From the sequence record MZ443769.1: a stretch of 64,000 nt of DNA; one strand, written 5' to 3'. This document shows, one piece after another, positions 1-7,911 of this stretch; positions within the stretch are counted from its first letter, which is position 1, and each line of letters begins with the position of its first letter. The translations under genes were made by a program, and so were the position numbers. The notes under the pieces are model-generated. The model was not told where the DNA came from. It was given only the letters and a program-made list of their open reading frames with translations, and did not search any database.

Positions 1-2
1 TG

Positions 3-443
3 CGCAACGTCATTATTGCGATCAACAAGTATGACTCGTCGCGTGGTGCGATTGTGAGTTATACGAAGTGGTGGATTCTGAACGCTCAAACCTGTAGCAG
101 TAGCGAACACGAATATGGGATCGCGTATACAATACCGCAGACCCAGCGTAAGAAACTCGCAACAGGTGAAGATACCACTTCACTCAATTTCTCGGTTAGT
201 CTCGATGCTCCGACTTCTGAATCTGATGAAGGACCGGACGCGAGCCTCCATCAAAAAGTGAGTGACCATCATCACTTAGAAGATCACGTCGATAGCGAAA
301 GACGAACCGGAAAGCTGAGACTCTTGATTAAGCGTGTAGACCCGTTGGGTGTCGCTCGCCTCACGATGGATGTGGGTGAGGAGTTCGACAAAGACGAACT
401 GGAATTTATGCGCCGTTACATGAAGTCTCAACGGCTAGCCTAA
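3..443 (+). CDS. RNA polymerase sigma70-family factor, C-terminal part (5' end outside window)
   Basis: Frame is open from nt 3, upstream of the listed GTG at 54, reading RNVIIAINKYDSSRGAIVSYTKWWILNAQ. This matches sigma70 region 2.2-2.4 (LIKAVEKFDxxRGxxFSTYAxWWIRQAI). Confidence 0.7.
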   Translation, partial: RNVIIAINKYDSSRGAIVSYTKWWILNAQTCSSSEHEYGIAYTIPQTQRKKLATGEDTTSLNFSVSLDAPTSESDEGPDASLHQKVSDHHHLEDHVDSERRTGKLRLLIKRVDPLGVARLTMDVGEEFDKDELEFMRRYMKSQRLA

Positions 444-444
444 A

Positions 445-453
445 ACTGTAAAC
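445..453 (+). promoter_or_regulatory. (T/A)CTGTAAA motif, class II putative promoter element
   Basis: ACTGTAAAC 35 nt before the SSB start; the motif recurs in many intergenic regions. Confidence 0.4.
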
Positions 454-487
454 ATTGCGAAAGCAAACTCAATATTGAGGATATATA

Positions 488-1750
488 ATGGCACGTGGAT
501 TTGATAACATCAGCGACAACAGTAAGCGCGACAGCTTACGTGAGTCGGATATCTTTGAGATTTATCCGTTAGCGAAAAAAGCTGCTGGCGGCTGGGTGTC
601 TATTCGTTTACTTGAAACTGACCTGCTGCCTATCAAAAAGCACTGGATCAAAATCATGGGCGGCAAAGACAAAGACAAAGAAATCAAAATCCCACGTCTT
701 TGTGTTAGCTTCGACCCTGACAATGCCGGTAAACCGTTACGCGGTATGAAGTGTCCGTACTGCGGCATTGCTCACGGTAACGACGAATCAGGTGCACCAG
801 CGCAGTACGACTTTAAGTGGTATGCGCAAGCGATTGTTCGTGATGAACAAGAAACTCAGCCACGCAAATTGCCGAAGCACACGAAGCAAGAGCTGAAAAC
901 GAAAAAGAAAGAAAAAGGCTCAGAAAGCTGGACTCCGGTATTTTGTATTCCGCTCACTAACAGTCTGGCTGGTCGTATCAAAGAGCTGGGCGAGCGCAAC
1001 ATTCACAACGTTAAAGACAAAAAGTCTGGCAAGAAGTCTAAGCAAGCGTTTCAGGTCAATCATCCGAAGTACGGCTGTGACATTGAAATCAAATACAACG
1101 CTAAGAAATCTCCTGCCGAGCGTTACTCAATCGAACGCGGTGAGCATAAGCCGCTGACCGAAGAAGAAAAAGAATATCTGACCTGGGACTTCGAAAACTG
1201 GGAAGAGATTTATGATCTTCTCGGCCGTCTGTCAGAAGCAGATGCTCTTGCTGACTTCAAGAAGATGGACGTTCTCGGCGTCGAACCTGATGATAGCGAT
1301 GACGACGAAGACGACGATGACGATGGCATGTCATTGGGCAAGAAAGGTAAAAAGTCCAAGAAGTCTCGCAAAGACGATGACGACGAAGACGACGAGGATG
1401 ACGAAGACGAACGACCGTCTAAGAAATCCAAGAAGTCCAAGCCTTCTAAGTCTAAGCGTCTGCTTGACGATGATGAAGACGACGAAGACGAAGATGATGA
1501 AGACGAAGACGATCGTCCATCTAAAAAGTCCAAGAAGTCTTCTAAGGACAAAAAGTCAGTGAAGTCCAAGAAGTCTAAAAAATCCAGTCGTGACGATGAC
1601 GACGAAGATGATGAAGACGAAGACGAAAAGCCTAAGAAGAAGAAAAAGAAATCTTCTTCTGCTGACAAGTCTTCCGTGAAGAAGAAGAAAAAGAAATCTT
1701 CTGACGACGATGAAGACGAAAAGCCAAAGAAAAAGAAAAAGAAAAAGTAA
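488..1750 (+). CDS. T4 gp32-like single-stranded DNA-binding protein with long D/E- and K-block tail
   Basis: IRLL..HW...RLC...CPYC pattern fits the gp32 His/Cys3 zinc site; adjacent to the recombinase; GAGG RBS; last ~160 aa are alternating acidic and lysine blocks. Confidence 0.7.
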   Translation: MARGFDNISDNSKRDSLRESDIFEIYPLAKKAAGGWVSIRLLETDLLPIKKHWIKIMGGKDKDKEIKIPRLCVSFDPDNAGKPLRGMKCPYCGIAHGNDESGAPAQYDFKWYAQAIVRDEQETQPRKLPKHTKQELKTKKKEKGSESWTPVFCIPLTNSLAGRIKELGERNIHNVKDKKSGKKSKQAFQVNHPKYGCDIEIKYNAKKSPAERYSIERGEHKPLTEEEKEYLTWDFENWEEIYDLLGRLSEADALADFKKMDVLGVEPDDSDDDEDDDDDGMSLGKKGKKSKKSRKDDDDEDDEDDEDERPSKKSKKSKPSKSKRLLDDDEDDEDEDDEDEDDRPSKKSKKSSKDKKSVKSKKSKKSSRDDDDEDDEDEDEKPKKKKKKSSSADKSSVKKKKKKSSDDDEDEKPKKKKKKK

Positions 1751-1762
1751 CTGATCGATCAC

Positions 1763-1793
1763 ATGGGGTGGCATAAGCTGCCCCATTCTTTTC
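1763..1793 (+). terminator. Rho-independent terminator
   Basis: ATGGGGTGGC-ATAA-GCTGCCCCAT then TCTTTT. Confidence 0.7.
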
Positions 1794-1815
1794 TCTAATC
1801 AGGAATTACCTCTCG

Positions 1816-4308
1816 ATGGCCAAAGAGAAGAAAGTAAAAGAACCCAAAGCTAAGAAAGCAAAAGCTGTTGCTTCGGACGATGTGGGTGGAAAAGAGATTA
1901 AGGTGTTTAGTCTCTCAAGCATGATGGACGACACGCTCGATCTCATTGAGAAGAAAACGAAAGTAAGTTCTCAGGATGCAGCGCGTCACGCACCACGTAT
2001 CTCAACTGGTGTGCTCGCTCTCGATATGTATCTCGATGGCGGTATTGTACCTGGTGGCTGGTACACATTCGCAGGCGGTGAGCAGTCCTGTAAGTCTACG
2101 ATGACCATGAGTATCATGGCGTCTCTGATTCGACTGAAATATAAAGGGACCAGCGTAGTATTCGACTACGAAGGTTCAACCGATGCTGACTACGTTGCTG
2201 GTCAGTTGAAAACGTTTGGCGTTACTGTCGATCCGAAAACAATCTTCGGTGTGCGTGATACTGATGGTGGCGGCTGGATCATCAAACCTCAGATCCGCTA
2301 CTACGCACCTGATAACGGTGAGCGCTTCTTCGATTACATGTCGATGCTGCGTCGTCGTCTGCCGAACAAAATCGTTGAGAAAGACGGCTCTGCGTATTAC
2401 GTCTTTGAGAACACCAAAGAGAACGCGAAGAAAGTCGCTGGCTTCTACGATAAGAAGTGGTTCAGTCGTAACAACGAATTCAAAGTACCTGCCGAAGATG
2501 CACACATGCAGGCTATGGTTATCGTTGACTCATATCCGGCCATGATGCCTGATGCTGTCGATGATGACGATGGTTCAAAAGCAATGGCGATGCAGGCGCG
2601 TATGTTCTCTGACGGTATCAAACGTTTCCGTGGCGGTATGCGTCGTAAGATGATGACTATCGTTGGCGTTAACCAGATTCGTCTGAAACCTGCTGTGATG
2701 TTCGGCCCGCCTGAGTACGAGCCGTGTGGTGAAGCGTTGAAGTTCTATTGCTTCGCGTCTGACACTAACATCCGTACTGATCACGGTGTGCTGACTGCAC
2801 CTCAGATCAAAGAGCTGCTGGATGATGGTAAAGACGTTAGCGTTGAATCGTTCGACGGCTTCCAACAGATCGTTCAGGCGTGGAAAGTCGATGACGCTCC
2901 ATTCCCTATCGAGCTGTACGCTGGTGGTCACGCATATGTTGGCAGTGCAGAGCACCGTCAGTTCACGCTGATGCACGACACAACCGATGATGGTATGCGT
3001 GTGTTACGCCCTGAGTGGAACACGCTCAATCAGCTTGCGCAATTCCCAAGCGCCGAAGGCCAGTACGCAGCGTTGCGTGTTGCTAAAGTTGAAGAACTGA
3101 AACAGCATACGCCTGACGTGTATGATGAATCTTCCGCTGCTGTTAAACGCCTACTCGCTAACTGCGATCCACAAAGCAAGCAACTGCCTCTCGTATCTAA
3201 AGGTGATACGACGTATGCAGCGAACTGCCTCGTGATTGATATGGTTGGTGATAGCACTGACCAGTCAGACTTCGAGCTGTGGGTTAAGCACTTCATGAAC
3301 ATCGGTATCTTGGCGTTTGCTGATGCTAACGGTATCTGGTTGCCGGGTCTGCATAAGCATGAGCTGGAAGAAGCCTTAGTTCAAGATGCTCTCGGTGCAC
3401 ACGCAGGTATCAGTGATGCTTCGTCCGCTCGTCAACGTCAGACTCAGATGCTGACTGTGATCGCTGACGTATTCCCTGAACTGACTCGTTACGTCCTCGA
3501 CTACAACCTGACTAACGAGCCTATATATCTGGCTCCTGGTTATGATTTCGCGGAAGCGCTTGACGCAATTCTGCATAAAGAAATCAGCGGTTACGACGAC
3601 CAGTACGATCTGCTGATGACTCAGCTTGCGTACATCGAAGACTGGTACACGGTCTGTGACTCAATCGTTCCTGTTCCGTTCTCTCTTCGCGCTCTCGACC
3701 GTGCTGTTGAGTTCTGGGATGTTAACGTTGCATCAACCTCAGTCGTTATCACGAACAACTTCGCATCGCATAACAGTGACGTGCGCGTTCGTCTGACTTC
3801 TCGCGCTGTGCCTCAGGGCTGGCCTGTGATGAAAGACGCTCACGGTATCGTCGGCGAGAAGTCTGTTACTGTTGAAGGTGGTACTGACCGCTATCGTTTC
3901 ATTGCGGCTAAGACTACCAAGAACAAGATGGGTGGCATCCCGAATCAGCAAACGTGGATGCGTTTGTGGGAAGCAGATGGTAATGGTGAAGCGCGTGGCT
4001 TCGACCCAGTGTTTGACTGCTGGCATTATCTGAAAACCCTGGGCTTGATCAACGGTACGCGCAAGAACTTCAAAATGAAAGCGCCGTGTCCTCTCGCATC
4101 TGATGTTAAGATCGATTGGGACGAGTTCCGTACTTTGATCAACGGTAACAAGCAACAAATCATTGACGTGTGTCGTAAGCTGAAAGTGAAGAAGCCTCTG
4201 TCTCTGCGTACGTGGTGCTTCAAGTTCGTGCAGTCCACACAGGGCAAAGAGATGTTGAAAGCGTCTATCAGTAAGTCGGCTAAGGTCGAAGACGACGAAG
4301 ACGATTAA
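1816..4308 (+). CDS. recA: RecA/UvsX-family recombinase, intein-containing
   Basis: ISTGVLALDMYLDGGIVPG, Walker A GGEQSCKST, Walker B VIVDS, AMQARMFS, NQIR, GEALKFY; about 488 aa after splicing. Confidence 0.9.
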   Translation: MAKEKKVKEPKAKKAKAVASDDVGGKEIKVFSLSSMMDDTLDLIEKKTKVSSQDAARHAPRISTGVLALDMYLDGGIVPGGWYTFAGGEQSCKSTMTMSIMASLIRLKYKGTSVVFDYEGSTDADYVAGQLKTFGVTVDPKTIFGVRDTDGGGWIIKPQIRYYAPDNGERFFDYMSMLRRRLPNKIVEKDGSAYYVFENTKENAKKVAGFYDKKWFSRNNEFKVPAEDAHMQAMVIVDSYPAMMPDAVDDDDGSKAMAMQARMFSDGIKRFRGGMRRKMMTIVGVNQIRLKPAVMFGPPEYEPCGEALKFYCFASDTNIRTDHGVLTAPQIKELLDDGKDVSVESFDGFQQIVQAWKVDDAPFPIELYAGGHAYVGSAEHRQFTLMHDTTDDGMRVLRPEWNTLNQLAQFPSAEGQYAALRVAKVEELKQHTPDVYDESSAAVKRLLANCDPQSKQLPLVSKGDTTYAANCLVIDMVGDSTDQSDFELWVKHFMNIGILAFADANGIWLPGLHKHELEEALVQDALGAHAGISDASSARQRQTQMLTVIADVFPELTRYVLDYNLTNEPIYLAPGYDFAEALDAILHKEISGYDDQYDLLMTQLAYIEDWYTVCDSIVPVPFSLRALDRAVEFWDVNVASTSVVITNNFASHNSDVRVRLTSRAVPQGWPVMKDAHGIVGEKSVTVEGGTDRYRFIAAKTTKNKMGGIPNQQTWMRLWEADGNGEARGFDPVFDCWHYLKTLGLINGTRKNFKMKAPCPLASDVKIDWDEFRTLINGNKQQIIDVCRKLKVKKPLSLRTWCFKFVQSTQGKEMLKASISKSAKVEDDEDD
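2749..3774 (+). mobile_element. Intein (342 aa) in RecA/UvsX
   Basis: Block A CFASDTNIRTDHG directly after ALKFY; block B SAEH; blocks F/G FWDVNV...NNFASHN followed by +1 Ser (SDVRVRL), which restores the RecA ALKFY-S-VR motif. Confidence 0.9.
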
Positions 4309-4321
4309 TATAAACCAATAG

Positions 4322-4349
4322 AGGCGGGCTTCGGCTCGCCCTTTCTTTA
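4322..4349 (+). terminator. Rho-independent terminator
   Basis: GGCGGGC-TTCG-GCTCGCC then CTTTCTTT. Confidence 0.75.
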
Positions 4350-4363
4350 ACAGGAAAAATGAA

Positions 4364-4741
4364 ATGTCAAAAACGTATCTCGCTGATATCGGAAACTTAG
4401 GTCTTATCAAACTGGCTATCAATGCTGACGTTCGCCCTCTGAATATCGAAACGCTCAAAGAGCTGGACTCTGCTGATCTGCCTACTGACCTGAACCGTGT
4501 GTACATCGTTGGTGCTAACGTCGCGCCTGCTATGTTCACTGAACTCGAAAGCTACATCGACCCGTCTGAACTCGTTGCTGACGTTGAGAAAGGTAATATC
4601 GGCAAGCTGTTCAACCGTGATGTTATTCGCAGCGAACAGGTAGACCCTGATATGCTGGCGCTGGTCCTGCTGTTTAGTCCGAACAATGACAGCGAAGCAC
4701 TCGAAGTTCTCGGCTTTGCTGCTGTGAAGATTAATCTGTAA
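4364..4741 (+). CDS. hypothetical protein
   Basis: 125 aa, AGGA RBS, strongly biased codon usage. Confidence 0.85.
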   Translation: MSKTYLADIGNLGLIKLAINADVRPLNIETLKELDSADLPTDLNRVYIVGANVAPAMFTELESYIDPSELVADVEKGNIGKLFNRDVIRSEQVDPDMLALVLLFSPNNDSEALEVLGFAAVKINL

Positions 4742-4744
4742 ATA
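4735..4744 (+). promoter_or_regulatory. TCTGTAAATA class II motif
   Basis: Recurrent motif; followed by 9-bp hairpin GAGCGAGAG-ATTCA-CTCTCGCTC (4752-4774). Confidence 0.45.
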
Positions 4745-4815
4745 CAACACAGAGCGAGAGATTCACTCTCGCTCACATTCAACTCGATAGACCATAAGGT
4801 CAGGAGTATTAGACG

Positions 4816-5535
4816 ATGAAAAGAATTCACGTACAGACATTACCGCTAGACGCACTCAACGGACTTGTTCACGGTTTCCACCACCATGAACGTCACCACA
4901 ATTTCGGTCGGGTCGATGTATCTTTATATTACATGGACGTGACAGCTCAAGCAGCGCAGAACTCCTTGTTCTCTATTTTGAAAAAAGAAAAGCATAACAT
5001 CAAACCTGTGGGTTACGATAGTATCAGCTCTGTTCAAGGTAAAACGCTGCCTGAAATAGCTGGCACTGTGTTATCTACTAGCCTGCTTCACGTTGACCGT
5101 GTATCTATCGCATCTAACCTAAACGACATGTTTGGCAGTATGCGCCGCTCTGGACTCACTAAACAAAGCACAATAACAATTTACGGTGAGCCTGGAATTG
5201 AGAAGCTTATGCACATGGCGAACGACGTTGCATACGCAGCATATAGCGAAGCCGATAACTCCTCAATCCGACTAGGCCATGAAGGTACGACGACAAATCT
5301 TCCGTTAGATACTCTCATGAAACTTATTCTCGATACTGAGAAGAACATTTGTGCTATGATTCATAATTCGCCTGCGAACGTATACACGTTTGGTCCTGAG
5401 CTTACGATCTTGGACCCTGAGTGGTTGTCTAAGTTTCTTTCGTGTGTGAAGCGTACAGGCAAGAGCGCACATCTTCATCCAGAACTTCATCGTAAGTTTT
5501 TTGACGCTGAAATTTCCATTTACGAATTCGTATAA
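4816..5535 (+). CDS. hypothetical protein
   Basis: 239 aa, AGGAG RBS. Confidence 0.8.
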   Translation: MKRIHVQTLPLDALNGLVHGFHHHERHHNFGRVDVSLYYMDVTAQAAQNSLFSILKKEKHNIKPVGYDSISSVQGKTLPEIAGTVLSTSLLHVDRVSIASNLNDMFGSMRRSGLTKQSTITIYGEPGIEKLMHMANDVAYAAYSEADNSSIRLGHEGTTTNLPLDTLMKLILDTEKNICAMIHNSPANVYTFGPELTILDPEWLSKFLSCVKRTGKSAHLHPELHRKFFDAEISIYEFV

Positions 5536-5574
5536 CTGAACACAATGCTGTGTGTAGTCTTTGCCAATTGGCAC

Positions 5575-5604
5575 GGGAGATCATGATGGTCTCCCATTTT
5601 TTTT
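5575..5604 (+). terminator. Rho-independent terminator
   Basis: GGGAGATCA-TGA-TGGTCTCCC then A and T8. Confidence 0.8.
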
Positions 5605-5641
5605 ATTTAAATTCCCAGCATATGTCTTGAGAGTCTGCGCT

Positions 5642-6661
5642 ATGTCTAAAGAAACTTACTTAGAAGTACATGATGCCTATATTGCAAACAATTTCTTGCA
5701 GGATATTCCACGTTCTAAGCTGACAGCTCGCTTCACTGAATATTTGAATCGTGTCAAAGGCGTTGTTCCTTCCAACGGTATTCCTATGGCTGAATTCTTG
5801 CAGTGGGCAAACATGATGCCAGCTAAGGACGAGGAGATCGATTCCCGTAGAATGCTGTTTACGGTTGGCATTGTCTACACGCATTTCATCTGGTCGTTCA
5901 CTAAAGCCTCCTATGTTGTTGAGCGTGACATATGGAAGCATCTTGTCGAGAGCGACTCTCCAAAAATACTACCGTCTGCTACACTCAAGCAACTCCCTCA
6001 CTGGTCTCAGTGGATTGCAGCACCAGTTACTGTCACACACAAAGACAGCAAGTCCGATACATCTTACATAATTGATTCGGATGGTTTCTGGGCGACCTAT
6101 GCAAATTTCAACGAAACAACCCACATGAACCTGGCCTTTGTTGGGTCTATCAGCATTAATAACGACCGTCATATAATGCACATGCAACTTATCTTTGACA
6201 TTACCAAAGATATGGAATTGATTGATGGTTTCGATTGGTTCATGTTTATATTAGGTGAAAATGGAAGTTCACACATAGACCCGAGTACACCAGAAGGTCC
6301 TGTCGTAGCTCGTATTCTTGAAGAATTTATGAAGCCTGTTGTCAACGTTCTTTTGTTCATTGCATCGGAAGTAGACAACATCTACAAGGGAGGTATGAAA
6401 AGGTTTAAACCTCGTAAGCAGGGTAACTCATACAAAGTTATACCAGTGCGCGATGTAAGAGAGTGGCGAGTAGGTACAGAGTTACTTAATGAAATTCGTA
6501 CTTACGAAAACGAAGTAGAGACTGCGAAGTCGCAAGGCCGTCGTGCTCATATACGACGCGGCCATTATCATAACTACTGGTACGGTCCGCGTACTGGTGA
6601 CCGTCAGCTCAAATCAAGATGGGTTCCACCTTGTGTTGTTAGAGGCACCATCGAAGATTGA
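5642..6661 (+). CDS. AcrVA2/FinQ-family-like protein
   Basis: C-terminal AHIRRGHYHNYWYG...RWVPPCVV plus upstream LP.W, GFWA.Y, LLF...D..YKG and G..L..E.R.Y blocks are colinear with AcrVA2 as recalled. Start placed at ATG 5642, after the terminator. Confidence 0.65.
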   Translation: MSKETYLEVHDAYIANNFLQDIPRSKLTARFTEYLNRVKGVVPSNGIPMAEFLQWANMMPAKDEEIDSRRMLFTVGIVYTHFIWSFTKASYVVERDIWKHLVESDSPKILPSATLKQLPHWSQWIAAPVTVTHKDSKSDTSYIIDSDGFWATYANFNETTHMNLAFVGSISINNDRHIMHMQLIFDITKDMELIDGFDWFMFILGENGSSHIDPSTPEGPVVARILEEFMKPVVNVLLFIASEVDNIYKGGMKRFKPRKQGNSYKVIPVRDVREWRVGTELLNEIRTYENEVETAKSQGRRAHIRRGHYHNYWYGPRTGDRQLKSRWVPPCVVRGTIED

Positions 6662-6706
6662 GTTCTATCAACCTCCACGTATGAGCTGTTAGCTCGGAGA
6701 AAAACT

Positions 6707-7468
6707 ATGTCCCGTGTACAAAATGTCTATATCCCTGATGTTGAATCGTTTGAACCTTACGTCCGCTCACTGTGTCACATGGCGCGTATACTCGATCAAA
6801 ATGGTACTAACTACAACAAGATGAAACACGTAGTTGTTATCGGTACTTCTAAACGTATGGCAGAAGCTTATGTGCGACAGCTTCTCGGATCAAAAGACCT
6901 ACCCAGCAATCTTATCTGCTTCGGTTGTGATGAATCACCTGTCAATCACCGCGAGTTCTCTTACATCGGTTCGCATGTCGTGCTGCTGCCTGAATTGAAC
7001 TATGCGTCTGAAAGCGCTTTGGATAAAATCTCACGCCGCGTTATTGAAATGATTTTGAGCCTGAAACAGAAGGACGAAGACACAGAGCTAAAGAATGGCG
7101 CTCTCACTGTCACGTATCAGAATCCAAGAATCTGGTCATGCCTCATTTCATGTGGGGCCGTCATGAACGCGCCGAACTATGCTAACATTCAGTTCCAGAA
7201 AGATTTGGTGTCTTCCATAGGCGTAGGCCAACTCATGGACTGTATGACGAATGAAGACTACCACGAACTTCATGCGCAAACGATCACGATCGGCCTTGAG
7301 TTCCTGTACGTCAAAACCGAATACATTATTGAGAAACTGCACAACCTGCTGTGGTCACTCAGCTCAACAAACAGTGAGTTCAAGGATAAGCACACGGTAG
7401 TCCTGCACGACGATTTCCGTCTGGCCTTATTCGAACAATATCTGCTCTACGACTTCCGTGGGTTTTAA
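6707..7468 (+). CDS. hypothetical protein
   Basis: 253 aa, GGAG RBS. Confidence 0.8.
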   Translation: MSRVQNVYIPDVESFEPYVRSLCHMARILDQNGTNYNKMKHVVVIGTSKRMAEAYVRQLLGSKDLPSNLICFGCDESPVNHREFSYIGSHVVLLPELNYASESALDKISRRVIEMILSLKQKDEDTELKNGALTVTYQNPRIWSCLISCGAVMNAPNYANIQFQKDLVSSIGVGQLMDCMTNEDYHELHAQTITIGLEFLYVKTEYIIEKLHNLLWSLSSTNSEFKDKHTVVLHDDFRLALFEQYLLYDFRGF

Positions 7469-7542
7469 GACTATTCTTAGTCCTGTTCTCTAATTTCTAA
7501 ACGTCGGCAAGTAGTGCTGACGAGACGTTATTGGAGAATAAC

Positions 7543-7803
7543 ATGTGCGGACGTAGCCTAGTACGGTTGAAGTATCTCGCACGGTCCTCGAACTGGTGCA
7601 ACAATAAAGTAAACGCTTGTAATAAGCGGAAGGCGAAGCATGTACAGTGTGAAGAATTTCTGGCAGCCACGAAAGGTTGTAGCACTGTCCAACTCTCGCC
7701 CAGTGTTATCTCGTTCTATTGTAATTCTGAACTGGTCGGTCAGACAGTATGGCATGAAATAGAAGGCGATAATTCACTTCAATTCCGTCTGTTACTCGCA
7801 TAG
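7543..7803 (+). CDS. small Cys-rich hypothetical protein
   Basis: 86 aa, GGAG RBS 6 nt before the ATG; atypical composition. Confidence 0.45.
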   Translation: MCGRSLVRLKYLARSSNWCNNKVNACNKRKAKHVQCEEFLAATKGCSTVQLSPSVISFYCNSELVGQTVWHEIEGDNSLQFRLLLA

Positions 7804-7806
7804 TCT

Positions 7807-7847
7807 AAAGGGCTGTCAGAAATCAATCTGATGGCCCTTTCTCTTTT
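7807..7847 (+). terminator. Rho-independent terminator
   Basis: AAAGGGCTGTCAGA-AATCAA-TCTGATGGCCCTTT then CTCTTTT. Confidence 0.75.
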
Positions 7848-7911
7848 ATACGCTAATTTTTAAACGTATAAACGCGCGGTGTTCCGCTACCTCACTCTAA
7901 GGATATTCATT

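Noticed and set aside
1210-1668. Minus-strand poly-Ser ORF and alternative-frame ORFs over the SSB tail
   Set aside because: Shadows of GAC/GAA/AAG low-complexity codons, which lack stops in other frames.
3280-3345. Intact LAGLIDADG endonuclease in the intein
   Set aside because: Only one weak ILAFADANG-like stretch and no second motif; cannot be called.
3739-4539. 266-aa minus-strand ORF
   Set aside because: Antisense to recA and ORF 4364, crosses a terminator, no RBS.
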